DNA from: Sphyrna mokarran
Taxonomy: Eukaryota
NCBI GenBank assembly: GCA_024679065.1
Contig: JAGIQG010000001.1
Location: forward strand, 149,048,001-149,112,000
Direction: 5' to 3'
DNA: 64,000 bases
Shown here: positions 52,085-64,000 of the stretch, one piece after another
Numbering within the stretch: position 1 is the stretch's first letter
How the letters are laid out: the number at the start of each line of letters is the position of its first letter
Position numbers and translations under genes: made by a program
Notes under the pieces: model-generated
What the model saw: the letters and a program-made list of their open reading frames with translations, nothing else
Databases searched by the model: none
What the model was told of the DNA's origin: nothing

Positions 52085-52789
52085 GGGGATGATTCTGGCG
52101 TAGTGGGCTAGGAAAATCGCATGATAGCTGATTTGAGATTCCCGCGGGAGTTCACATCGTACTTGCGTCTCACAGGCCTGGTTTTGAAATCGACTGGGGG
52201 AACAAAACTAATATTTAAATAATATCTAACACACTATTTAAATGCTATTAATGGGCCCAAGACTGAACTCTCCAGGCTGCTAGCATCTCCCACCCTGCCA
52301 GCGTGTTTCACTCCACCAGAGATTGTAGTAGCTCTTCACTTTAAAGGAGCTAGCGGCCTGACCCCGCTGAAGTGAATTGGGGGACAATTGGGGCCCCCTC
52401 AGTGGGTCGGACAGTGGGGGGGTAGGGGAGATCATCACTGCTGGGGAGGAGGTGACATGCTGGAGATCGGGCCAGAGATGGTTGGGGCTGGCGCACGAAT
52501 GGATGGGGCTGTGGAGAGGTTGGGGGCAGTAGCGCATGGGTCCTGTGATTGAGCTGGCCAGAAAACTAGAGGCTGACATTTCAGCGCCACTACACGTGGG
52601 CAGAGGTCCATTGATTTCAGCCTCTCCAGCCAGAATAGCCCACCCCCTGATATTCATGTTGGTGATCTCTGCATTGCACAGTATGTGGAGGATTCTATTC
52701 TGAACTCTCACTGGAAAAAAAAAACAGCACGAATTACTGCAGTTTCCCCGCAAATTTAATGTTTCAAATTTTTTTGGGTGAATTGCCCC
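52085..52789. mobile_element. Probable non-autonomous DNA element (GC/CpG-richer island)
   Basis: Abrupt rise in GC and CpG content, with weak inverted ends ggggatgattc ... gaattgcccc. No coding motifs. Confidence 0.35.
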
Positions 52790-53506
52790 GAGGAAATTGA
52801 TTGCAAAAAAAAATTCAACAAATATAAAAAAATTATCATGAGGAAACAACAAGTGATTGGGAAATTTAGTAAGCCTTTCAAAGAATGGGCTCCCTTTGTA
52901 TTGTGTTATTTTCTTGGAAGAAACAATGAACTCTGGACAACTCTACAGCAGCTAACATTGGTCAACCGATTTGCCTCAATGAAGTCTTAATGGGATAGAC
53001 TTTTGCCTGGGTCTGTTTCCAGGCCTAGTCTCAGTGCTGCTCGACCAAAGTCTGCATGTTCTGCAAAACCCAAGGAAAGTGGGTTCAAGCCTCAACAACA
53101 CGCTCGAGATGAGCTGCTGGAACTGGTCATGCCCATAGGCATCTCAGTTAAATCTATGTGGGCCACTTGCTGTAATCCTCAGCTGTGCGCCAGAATGGGG
53201 GTTTTGGAGCAAGTCATAGAAGAAGGGCATCAACACAACACCTATTCCTCCTGATTCATGAACATTTTTAAAAATTTCACCAACATGTCACTTGTGATCA
53301 CAGGCTGGTAGATTTTTTGATGGACTACAAAGGTGTGATGGTTCTATTTTACATAATGAAGGAGTCTTTTAGAATCTAGGTTGAAGGATTAAAAAACATG
53401 ATACCACAGATTTAGCTGATGCCTGTTCTGTAGGGAACAGCCAGCCCAAGAGGCAAGCTGCTCTTGATTTCTGCCTGAAGCAGGTGCAAACAATTCTCAA
53501 TCTCAT

Positions 53507-53858
53507 GGGAGGTGAAGGCCTAGTGATATTATCACTAGACTATTAATCCAAAAACTAAGGTAATGTTTTGGGACCTGGGTTCGAATCCCACCATGGCAGG
53601 TGGTAGAATTTGAATTCAATAAAAAAAAAAATCTGGAATTAAGAATCTGATGACCATGAAAACCATTGTCGATTGTTGGAATATTCTATCTGGATCACTA
53701 ATTTCCTTTAGGGAAGGAAATCTGCCATCTTTATCTAGTTTGACCTACATGTAATTCCAGAGCCACAGATTCTCAACTGCCTCTAAGGGTAACTCATGAT
53801 GGGCAATAAACACTGGCCAGCCAGTGATGCCTATGATTCACAAATGAATTTAAAAAAA
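53507..53858 (+). mobile_element. tRNA-derived SINE whose tail matches the LINE family at 395-3375 and 33420-33630
   Basis: A-box-like ggcctagtga at ~53517, B box ggttcgaatccc at ~53578, tail gatgggcaataaacactggccagccagtgatgcc...gaatttaaaaaaa. Confidence 0.75.
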
Positions 53859-54699
53859 TTCCTATCCCAGTGACGTTCATTATCTTGATCACTATGCGTC
53901 ATGCCTACATTCATAATTTTAAGGACCACAAATATTTATACTAATGCATCTACTTCACAAAACAATGTTTTTATTTTGAAACCCATCAATGGATAAGTTG
54001 TATAGACAACTCTGGTCTGTCCTGGGCCTGCACCAGTAATTATCAGGGTTACCGAGGAGCAGAATATGGAACTGAATAATACGTTTGCTGCTTCACGGGA
54101 CGTGTAATGGGTTGTGTTGATGTTAAGCCCATTTCTGATGTAACCGTGCTGGTTTCCAATAATATAGTCAAAGAGTTGAGAACCCGCCTGGGACATTTAA
54201 ATTGCAATTGACAAACCAATTAAAGTCATTAACAACCCAACCTATGACTATAATTCACGCAGAAGGTAACAATACACCTTTAGAATCAAGTTCAACACAG
54301 GTGGGAAATTTATTTATTCATGGGCAAGATTACCTGGGCCAGTTTTAAAACTGCAGCTGAGATCAGTCTCAGCTTTGCAGTACAAACTCTACCAACTGCA
54401 GGAACTGGTCATGTGAATGAGTAGTGAAACACTCTGGCAATTCTTTCATTCAGAAAATTCTCCTCTAATTCATGAGATCCATTTTGATTGAATATTTTTC
54501 TGTTCATTACCCAGCAGTAGATGCCATCTGAGACATATAAGGATGTGATCTCAGTTGGAGAGACAACCTCCAGTGAGGAGGAGAGAAGGATTAAGAGGAG
54601 GTTGAGGAGGAGAAAGGTGAGAGCAAGAAGGAAGGCTCAGGATGTTGTAGTTCTTTAGAAAGGGGTCAAAGCAGCACCAGGGTGAAAAGGTTCCCCTGT

Positions 54700-55200
54700 T
54701 CATGCAAAATATCCAAAGCCAGTTTGGATAGCCCCAAAGCATCACCAGGTTTCCGCGGGGTTGAGGGAACCATTGATTGCACACGTCTATTAAGGCTCCT
54801 GTGGACAGCTGTGTAGCTTCATAAGCAGAGAGGGCATCCATATGCAGCTGGTGAGCGAGCATTAAGGGTGGGTCATGCAGGTGTATGCCAAGTATCCAGG
54901 CAGCAGTCACGATGTACACATTCTTAGGAATTCACCTGCCTGGATAACTTGTGGGGATGGCTACTAAGTGATAAAGGAAATACACTCAAAAGATGGCTCA
55001 TTCCACCTATGAGGTGCCAAAATCTGAAGCAGAGAGGAGATACAATAATAGCCCTGCCAACACCAGTGCCACAGTGCGGCAGAGCATCACTCTCCGAGAG
55101 ATGCACTTCTTACGCCTGGATAGATTTTGAGGTGCATTACAATTCTCCCCCTCAGTATGTCCTTAGTGGCTATGGTTTGCTGTGTAGTCAATGACATCGT
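54700..55200 (+). pseudogene. Fossil PIF/Harbinger DDE transposase
   Basis: Motifs occur in order across frameshifts. GFRGVEGTIDCT is at 54748-54783, followed by ISREGIHMQLVSEH. QVYAKYPGSSHDVHILRNS is at ~54878-54934 and GWLLSDKGNTLKRWLIPP at 54955-55008. EAERRYNNS...TVRQSITLREMHFLRLDRF*GALQFSP is at ~55026-55151. Confidence 0.85.
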
Positions 55201-58200
55201 TATTCTAAGAGGAAGATGACAGGCTAGGTGGGGGCCAATCCTTAGGACAGTGGCGATAAGGAACAATGGTGATACTCCTAAAGATGGCCCTAGCCATGAT
55301 TGAATAGATGGCTGTGCTACCAGGAATGCCTTTGTACAATAAATGTTTCTATAGTGCAACTTATCACTGTAACAGAAGGAGTTTGGTGAAACGTTGCCTT
55401 CATTTGCAATGAGGGAACCCTTTAGCTTTCATATTTAAACATTCTCCATTACCTCAGACAAGAATACAATTCCATCTCCCCTCTCTCACCATCCAATTTT
55501 TTTTTCCCCCTCAACTTTCAGGTACAAGTTATACAGCTGCAATAATTAATAAGAACATTAGCAGGAGAAAATCTGACTTTTGTGTTTATCCTTCACACTG
55601 TGTGTCAGAGCAGGCAGCCCATTTAGTATACCCACCAGATGCACACAGACCTTGTACTGAACATCCTACCACCTGATGACTAATTCCACAGGCTGATCAT
55701 CTCGTTACTTCTCTGAGTACCTGAGGCCTGCTCTACCGCACACTCTGACAGGTGCACGTGCAAATGTGAAGTGCCCTCATCAGTGTGTGCATGTCCCTTA
55801 TCCTGAATGTTGAACCCTGCTGAAGTGCCAGCATTAGCGAAGCTGCTGGGTGCAGAGAGAGGATGTGATGCTGCACCCTGTGAGGGTTCCTCCTCATTAG
55901 AGGAGGAGAGAAGTTGCTGGATGGCCTCTGGACAGCTTGCAGGGAAGAGGCTGTCCCTGTGACAGAGAAATCAGTGAGGGGGTTTCTGGTATTAATTGAC
56001 ACATCCAACCTGTCACACAACACACAAACTGTTTCAGAGTCTGACATAAGTGAATGAACTCCAGAGGCACAATCAATCTTTGAACAATGATCTGAACTTT
56101 CTGATCATGAAGCTTATCAAAGTTATAACTCTATTCACCATAATGCATTAAATCTCCATTAAAGCCCCACTGGCTTTCCCCTCCTACTAGTAAATCTGAA
56201 ACTTCAGCTATCTCACCAAAACCAAGCCTTGCTTCAGTCTCGGCCCTCCCTATAATAATAGATGAGTCGAGCTGCACGAGCATTTAGGACTTTCAGATTG
56301 AGTAGGCCCAAACTGCACAGAGTCTTTTGAGGGCTTCATGAGCTTATTTCTCCTGAAAATATTTGACAAGACACTTCATCAAAAATTTGAAACTATTATA
56401 TTCGGCACCTTAAAAACTCATTATTAGATCAAGATGTATTAACCTGAACCTATGCTCGTGTGTCATAAAATGATCCAACCGAACATCAGCATAAAACCAC
56501 ACCATTGGCTTGAAATGCGCAAACATATGGTCGAGGGCAGTTGTGTCCTTGTGGAACCATGCATTTTTTGATGAGGGGTTAACCATATCTACCTCCTGCA
56601 TTTCCTAATGAGACCTATGTCACTCTGAACCCAGATCGCTCATACTGATGCCATACTCAGCCTGGCTGACCTTGCGAGTTATTGAGCCTTTTGTGCTATT
56701 GGGACCAAGTCCACCTTAACCTGTCAACTTGATTCACCCCTTTGGCCATCTCCTTCTACAAGCACGAGTCTGCCTGGGCTTCATTCTCTTCCCTGTGTTA
56801 GGCATGAACTGATCACGTCAATCATGTGCTGTATGCAGGAGGGCACCAAGGGTCCCTCACTGTATCTAGTGCTAACTTTGCTGTTTTTAGAACGTCCCCT
56901 CCCCTCTGATGGTGAATGGAAATGTGTAATAAATGTACAACTCCTCCTCAATGCCAAAAGATGGGAGACTTCTTGTTTTTTAAAATATAGTGCCCTCTAT
57001 GAAGGTTGATAGATTGGCAGAGATCAGCTAAAATTTAATTGGACTCATTTGGCCAGACTGGAAAGTTCACAAATCTTCAATTGACTGGCCACCCAATACT
57101 GTTCCATCGCAGCAGACCCTTTGAAATGCTGACTGTGACCTTATTCTGGGTCTTGGCTTGCAGCTTCCAAGATTAGATATTCCATCCTTTGTTACTCATT
57201 GAGTGGGATGATAATCCGTCCTTGCCGCTAATTGGTGGCAGTTTGCATATCATCAGACACGTACCAACCATGGATCTGTAAGTTGGAATCCAGACACTTT
57301 CAGGTACAGAACCTGCTATCAGCGCACAAACACATTATTCAGCCAATGGCGGTGGGATATCCTGGTCTGCAAGTATATGGAAGAGTTGTCCCCTAACAAC
57401 AGATGCTGGTGTCATTGTTGCTAATAGAGAGGCCACACGACCATACTTTAGTTGCCACATTACCGAACACTTGGGCAAAGCATACAAATAGATTGTGGGT
57501 GTTTTCGATCCAGTACAGACTCTGAGTCAGTTAAGGTTTTCCTCAGTGTTGAACAGCCTGGGTTCCTACATGAATAATGGCCACTTGGGTCAGCTGCTGG
57601 TTTCATGTTTCAGCCAAAGGCATCTTCAAGAAAGGAGAAAAGAAGAAAAGGCATTAGTAAAAGGACTGTTGTGGAATGAGAGTAATAAAAATACCATAAT
57701 ATTGCCCTTTATCTATGTTGATACTGATCTGAAACCTGAACAGACAGCGGTGGGAGAATTTTCTTTTATAATGGTTTACATAAGTGTCTGCTCAGACATC
57801 AACAAACTTGAATCCAAAGGCAAACAGAATGAAGTCTGATGGACAATCACAACACTGAGAAACCCAAGCTCAGAGTGGAAGCGTAGCTTTGAACAAGAAA
57901 ATGATCATTCCAACTACAGAAGTTGCATAATTATCATAGTGCCCAGGGTATCTCGGTTCAGAGTAGTTGAAACTGTCACCAGAAGCATTGAAGAAAAGGC
58001 ATCCATTCCTTTGGATGTACGTACCCTTGTAATAATCTCTAAATCAAATGAACAGCAGGCGTCTTTGTTCTCCAGAGTTTTGGAAGAACTGTGAGCCATG
58101 CTGACTGTGTGCATTCAATTAGTCAACTTGAAGACATTGGCATAGTTTTTCCGATTGGCAGTTGCATTTGAACAGATTTAATATATTTTGAGGCCAGGCT

Positions 58201-59400
58201 ATCGCTAGATTGATTTTTCCAGCAACTGTGTCCAGTGGTAATGGTTACCACAAGAATCATTAAAATTTAATTAAACCAACAAGTATGTGGAACAAAATGT
58301 ACCAAACTCCAACTTTCAAACTCAAATTTCAATTTTAAGCAACGAATCTGGACTTGACAGTACTAGGGTCAGAGATTTATAGAATTTTATTCAGATGCAT
58401 TTTCCAAGGTGCCAACTACACAATAAATCTGCAGTTACCTCTAAATTTCCCCTTAATTGCCGCAAAGTTTAATGCTCAGGCCATAGTCACCTCTCCCTAT
58501 TTTAATTCTTTTGTCTTTGTAATGGTTAACAGGTGAGAGAGATTTTCATGTGCAGCTGTTCATAGAAAGGTCCAGAGTTATTTTGAGGTAGCACAGTTGT
58601 GATACTTTTCTCTCCCTCACTCTTTCATTTGCTAATGATAATTAAAATGTCAGCATAAGTACAAAGTGAAGAAACTTTATACTCACAAACTTAAACGCTG
58701 GAATTAGCAAATAAAAATGCATTATATAAAGTTTAATATGCTATACACAAACATTCTCAATTAAAATTCCTGGAGTCTAATTGATTGCTGTGGAGCTGCA
58801 TCATGTTACGCAGATCATGCTGGGAAAAGATGTAAAGGATTGGCAGAGTAAATTTTTATTTAAAGGAAAGAATGATGATAGTGTCATTATTATTAATAAA
58901 GCATTCGAAAGTTGATTCATCCTAAAATGATGTAAATATTCAACGGCCAACAAAATTAGACATTCCATTAACTATTAGGAAAGCAGTTTGGAATTGCTTC
59001 TACAGTTGTCGTATAAATATTTCAGAGCTGAAGCAGTACATATTCCAATAATTAGAAAATATTTGCAACATGAAAAGTTAATTTTCAGTTTCTTTCATGT
59101 ATGTGGTTTGATACTCTTAACCTGTGTTGAAGGCATATCATCTGACTTTTGTTTGTCAGCAGCTAAAATAATTCTTATTTTAGAGGAGTGACACTGTTTT
59201 GTGTAAAAGCTGTTCCTTTGACTAGTTTTCAGGATTATTCGAAGTTGAAATTATACATCACATTTCAGAAATTGCCTGAGACTTTGGCTTTTCTTTCTGA
59301 TGTATTAAAATGTCTGGAGAAGGTATAATAATATAATTACAAATACCTGACTGGTTTTATTGATGTATTCTTCCTCTCTGTTTCCACTCTCTCTCTGCAG

Positions 59401-59581
59401 GATCTCCAGTTCTTACTGGCACAGGCACCATCACCTTGATTGTCGATGACGTCAATGACAATATTCCAACATTTGCTTTCAAAACCTACCATGCCACTGT
59501 CCCTGAAGATGTATCGACAGGGACTGATGTCTTGCTTGTAAACGCCACTGATGTTGATGAAGGCTCAAATGCAGTCATTAG
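59401..59581 (+). CDS. FAT4: FAT4 internal coding exon (181 bp, phase 1 to phase 2); not in the ORF track
   Basis: Strong acceptor ttcttcctctctgtttccactctctctctgcag|GA and donor AG|gtaaag. Encodes (G)SPVLTGTGTITLIVDDVNDNIPTFAFKTYHATVPEDVSTGTDVLLVNATDVDEGSNAVI, completing ATDAG-SP from the previous exon. Confidence 0.93.
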
Positions 59582-59776
59582 GTAAAGGCATTTTGTTTGA
59601 TACATGTTTTCTATATTTAATGGCATAGCATATTCAAGAGTAACCCTTTGATATACCTTGATCTCTCCTTAACACAATGGCCTAGAAATTGAATTGTATC
59701 ACCCTGTTCGTGAGGCATGAAACTACTGCTTAAATGTCCAGTGTAGTTTTCGGTATGCATATATGCACCCAAAGGT

Positions 59777-60057
59777 TTAAAGTTTATTTATTAGTGCCAT
59801 AAGTACATTAACATTGCAGTGAAGTTATTGTGAAAATCCCCTAGTCACCACAGTCCAGCGTCTATTTGGGTACACTGAGGGAGGACTTAACATGGCCAAT
59901 GCACATCATTTGGACTATGGGAGGAAACCTGAGCACCCAGAGGAAATCCATGTAGACGTGGGGAGAACGTGCAGACTCTGCACAGACAGTGACCCAATTC
60001 TGGAATTGAACCTGGGTCTTTGGCACTGTGAGGCAGCAGTACTAACCACTGTGCCAT
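59777..60057 (-). mobile_element. V-SINE with alternative tail
   Basis: Reverse complement has tggcacagtggttagt (A box), gggttcaattcc (B box), a V-domain, and tail gtgactaggggattttcacaataacttcactgcaatg...cactaataaataaactt. Confidence 0.85.
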
Positions 60058-61062
60058 TATACCGCTCTGTCCCATGTCAGTTGTGTTTTCATCTCTCACT
60101 AATATAGCGATCACATAAAATATTTTGTCAATGATGCATCTTATAATATAAAATGTATTCTGTGTGGCTTCAAGTGGCAACTTATTGTGGGGAATCTACT
60201 CCATGATTCTTATTGTGCCATGTGAGTGCATTCCCTAATCTGCACAAACATCCCACTATGCGACTCTGTAATTCCCAATTTAGCCAAACAAAAGTAATGA
60301 TGATGCAAAGTGGTGGTGACATGTTGTCCACAGCACCACTCAACAGGGGTTGGTATATTTTTCACAGAATGCAGAATTCCCTAAGCTTCTTCATGCTGTT
60401 TGGGGCAATTTAATAAATTAATCTGTTCAGTGAAATTTTCCTGCCTCTGTAAATAATGCCCCATGCAAGAGATTCACAGTAGGTAGATAGAAGCAGGGTT
60501 CATTTGCACATTGTTTTGTATAATTTCCCATGTCTCCCTTTGATATGGTGTCACATTTTTCCTTTGAAGAAATTAATTTGGCTGAACTTGTAAAAAATTA
60601 CTGGAGTACTTAATTTGGGGGATATTGAAGCAGGTGACTCTGCAACCTACGAATGAACTCAAAACGAGCCCTGTGTCCAATGCAATTAACAATTACTTTG
60701 TGAGTTCTTTGTGTTGTTTATTAACTTTTATATATTAAAATCACTTGTGGGGTGGGACGGGGATATGTGGTGTTCCGTTTCAGAATGTTTCAATGAGAAA
60801 ATGTATTGCAAGTGTTGCTTGCAATACTTGCTTCACCTGTAGATGGCAATAACCTATTTCCTTTGTAAAACTCTCATTGTGACATAAGGTAGCTTATAGC
60901 AAGAGTTGAAACTGTAAATTACTGCTTCTCTAATGCTTCCACTACTGCTTCTGAGTGAAGAAATAGTGACTTTGTCATAGATTATTATGAAGCAATCAAT
61001 GGAAACATTCTAATCACCCTACTTCATTCTTGCAAATCTCAAAAAAGTATTCAAGGTAAAGT

Positions 61063-61327
61063 TCTAAAGCTTATTTAATGATGTTACAAATGGGCTTACA
61101 TTAACATTACAACAAAGTTGCTGTGACAATCTCTTAGTCTAGCCCCTGTTTGAGTACACTGAGCAAGAATTTAGCATGGCCAATGTACCTAACCAGCACA
61201 TTTTTCAGACTGCGGGAGGAAACTTAACAGACGTGGGGAGAAAGTGCAGCTTCTGCACAGTGACTCAAGCCAAGAATTGAATCTGGCTCCCTGGAGCTGA
61301 GAGGCAGCAGTGCTAACCACTCTGCCA
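61063..61327 (-). mobile_element. V-SINE with alternative tail
   Basis: Reverse complement has agtggttagcactgctgcctc...gattcaattc, a V-domain, and tail caactttgttgtaatgttaatgtaagcccatttgtaacatcattaaataa. Confidence 0.75.
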
Positions 61328-62807
61328 AGATAATGCACAATTAAAAATCACAGCTCCTTACCCCCGCAACATTGCTCTCTATAATGATGCAAAATTTCCT
61401 GGAATAATTGCTGCAGGAATTAGTGGTTGTTAGTGCAGAATTTTACATTTATATTCTGGCAGCAAGTTACATCCAGCACAGAACTCGGTTATTTGATTGA
61501 GCAGCCCATATGTTCTTCAGATCAACTTGTCCACGTGGAAATTCTAAAACCCTTGTCTTGCCCAACCTTCCTCACTCAGTGTGGGTGAGATAGGAGCAGC
61601 AAACTCCCAGCAGTATGAGCAAAGAATAACTGGGGAATGGGGAAGAAAGGAAAGTCCCTTTTTTAACGACACTAGCAGGAAAGGGTTGGATCAGACCCGG
61701 TTGGAGTCGTGACAGCGTACGTATCAATCGAGGAGTGAGTCATGCGTGTGCAGTGTCATATACAAATCTAGGTCTGTGTGTTTAAATAATTACTCTGGAG
61801 TTAGAAGTGATTTTTTTTTCCCTTCTAACATTTTTAGGGTAAAACTAACAGAACCATCTGAAGTTAGCGATTTAAGTCATTTCTGTTGGCTCGTTCCCAG
61901 CGGAACTTTTCAGAGGAAGTTAGCAATTCTGAACAATTGTCAGCTAAACCCATAAGCAGAAACTTCTGAGACGGATTCCCCATCATTACGGTACCACCTA
62001 AATGCAACACTAAGAAACCAGGAAATTACAGGTTATATCCACAAGAACTTCTTGCCACTCTTCATGCCCAATTTTTCTGTGAATTTTATTCGCATTTGCC
62101 AAAGTGTAAAATCAGCGCAGAATTAAAAAAGTCAGTGGAAATAATTAGGCCTAAGCAAATCATGAGCGTGTACTACTCTCTTCTAAATTTAAATCATTCA
62201 TATATATTATTAATATTATCAAAGTTAACCACAAGCCTTTATTTATGCACTTTAAGTATAACATGATTTAAGTAAATGCAGTTGTACAAGTTTTTCTGGT
62301 TTAGTGTAACAAATTCTAAAGCCATTAAAAAATGGTTTTAGTGAAAGAAAAACTACAATATACCTCTTACTACATTGAGTGAGAAATCTAAATATAAAGA
62401 TATACACATATAAATTTTTTTTATTATATGTGTATGTATGAAAGTCAAAAATGGTGACTTTTGAGTCCTACTTTGCTTAAGATTCATTGGAATTAACTTG
62501 GGAATGACACAAAATGATCAATAAAAGTCATATGTAGCAATTTTTCAGCATTAATCAGCTAAATTTCCTGATGAAAAGTTCATGCAAATCCACGTTTGCA
62601 GCATAATTAAGCCAAACTTTCCAGGAGATTCCTGGATACTCGCTTCTTTAAGAGTAGAATAAGCAAACAGCCAATTCCTCCACTGTATTTCTTTGCTTCA
62701 AAAAGCCTCACCAACCATCAAAGAGCTTAAGTTGTTGAACAAACTATTGTGGTCCTGCAATTGTCTGCCATGTGAGAAAAGAAATGGACCATAGGGAGAA
62801 AAGGACT

Positions 62808-62937
62808 AAAAGCAAATTACTGCAAATACTGGAGTCTGAAATAAAAATAGAAAATGCTGGAAAGTCTCAGCAGGTCTGACAGCATCTGTGGAGACAGAAT
62901 AGAGCTAGCATTTCAAGCCTGGATTATTCTTTGTCAG
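62808..62937 (-). mobile_element. Single arm of the Penelope-like terminal repeat, ending in a decayed hammerhead core
   Basis: agaaaatgctggaaagtctcagcaggtctgacagcatctgtgg matches 2498-2540. The - strand begins CTGACAAAGAATAATCCAGGCTTGAAATG. Confidence 0.6.
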
Positions 62938-64000
62938 GGAAAAGGATTGTTCATTCATCTTTACCTTGCTACATTCTACTATGTCACTATTCCCCGCAGA
63001 GCTGGTTCCATTGACTTTCTGTCACCCATGTTCTTTGCCTCATTTCACTTCTCCATTGTTCAAACTTCTCTTCCTTATTCTGTTTTCTCACCCATTATTC
63101 TATCCTCCTCATCTCTTTTTGCCCTCTCCTTGCCTCTCCCCCTCTCACTGCCTTTCCATCTCCACTTAACCTTCCAATATCTTGATTAATTTAGTACTCC
63201 TGCCCTGTCAATCTGCTTAACCAGAGTATTCTTTTAATTTTGGCTTCCTATGATTGACATCCCAGGAGATCAATGGGTTTGAAAAGAGAAACAAAAGGCG
63301 CATAAATGGCACAGTCAGTTTAAATATGTCTGCCAGCTCTGTCAGATGGATTGTAATCAAGTTTAGAATAATGGGGTGAAAGTTTCACATTGTCCAGTAG
63401 CTTGGAGAGTCTAAAGTGAAATGAGTTTAAAAAGTTTCAGCCAAGTTTATGATGGACAGAAGCCACATCACTGCAAAACTGCACTTAACTTGGCAACAAT
63501 TGGTAGGGTTAGAGACATTGTAGACAGGCTTACATAAAATTGAAAAGTACTGAACAATAATGGGTGATTCATTTCCACTTTAATTCTAGAAATTTTTGGG
63601 TGCAAGGAATACATATTTGGCATTAATGAGGAGTTGTTGGCAGGAGTACTACATTAACAGCTCGCAGGATTGTGACATTGATTTCCTGCTTTAGTAAAAC
63701 ACATACTGATAAGATATCCTTGAACCATAACCAAATTAAATAAACTGAAGTGAAATGCAGGCAGCCTCTTGCCTCTTGTAAAAGGATGCCACTAACCTTG
63801 CTTGAAGCCAGATTAGCAATCCTGTCACTATAATTTTCTTCATATTCCTTCAGTGTGTTTATGGGTATGTTGAGTTGGAGTGTAATTGAGTGACCCATAG
63901 GACGAGTTTGGATGCCAGGTAGATTGATTCAAGTTTGATTGTATTATGCCCATTGTCATTGATCATTCACAGTGCTTCTGGTTTTGCTCAGTTCAAGGGC

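Noticed and set aside
52280-52852. 190-aa minus-strand ORF
   Set aside because: It lies in a GC-rich repeat-like island that is poor in stop codons, and has no protein motif.
53647-53666. Sense-strand CTGATGA...GAAA (ctgatgaccatgaaaa)
   Set aside because: Only 4 nt lie between the boxes, so stem II cannot form. Not a hammerhead.
56410-58150. Complex-looking sequence that might be a decayed coding element
   Set aside because: I could not read any consistent protein motif on either strand. A frameshift-aware profile search would be needed.

Overview
Eukaryotic, AT-rich vertebrate DNA, most likely from a shark or other elasmobranch, judged from HE1/V-SINEs, DeuSINEs and CR1, Rex1 and Penelope-type repeats. 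The whole window lies inside one + strand gene, the giant atypical cadherin FAT4. Four internal coding exons are visible: 3753-4103, 14905-15824, 16661-16835 and 59401-59581. All have canonical AG/GT ends and compatible phases, and together they give 1627 nt of uninterrupted cadherin-repeat coding sequence. The last exon is absent from the supplied ORF track and follows a 42.6 kb intron. The introns contain decayed LINEs, SINEs, MITEs and a fossil Harbinger transposase. The most notable non-coding signals are a near-intact minimal hammerhead ribozyme motif on the - strand (23229-23268), a recent 300 bp non-tandem duplication, a CR1 LINE with a SINE V-domain in its 3' region, and two motif-dense enhancer candidates. 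I see no convincing evidence of a wholly new biological system. Repeat family names come from recalled consensus motifs, not a database search, and repeat boundaries are approximate.
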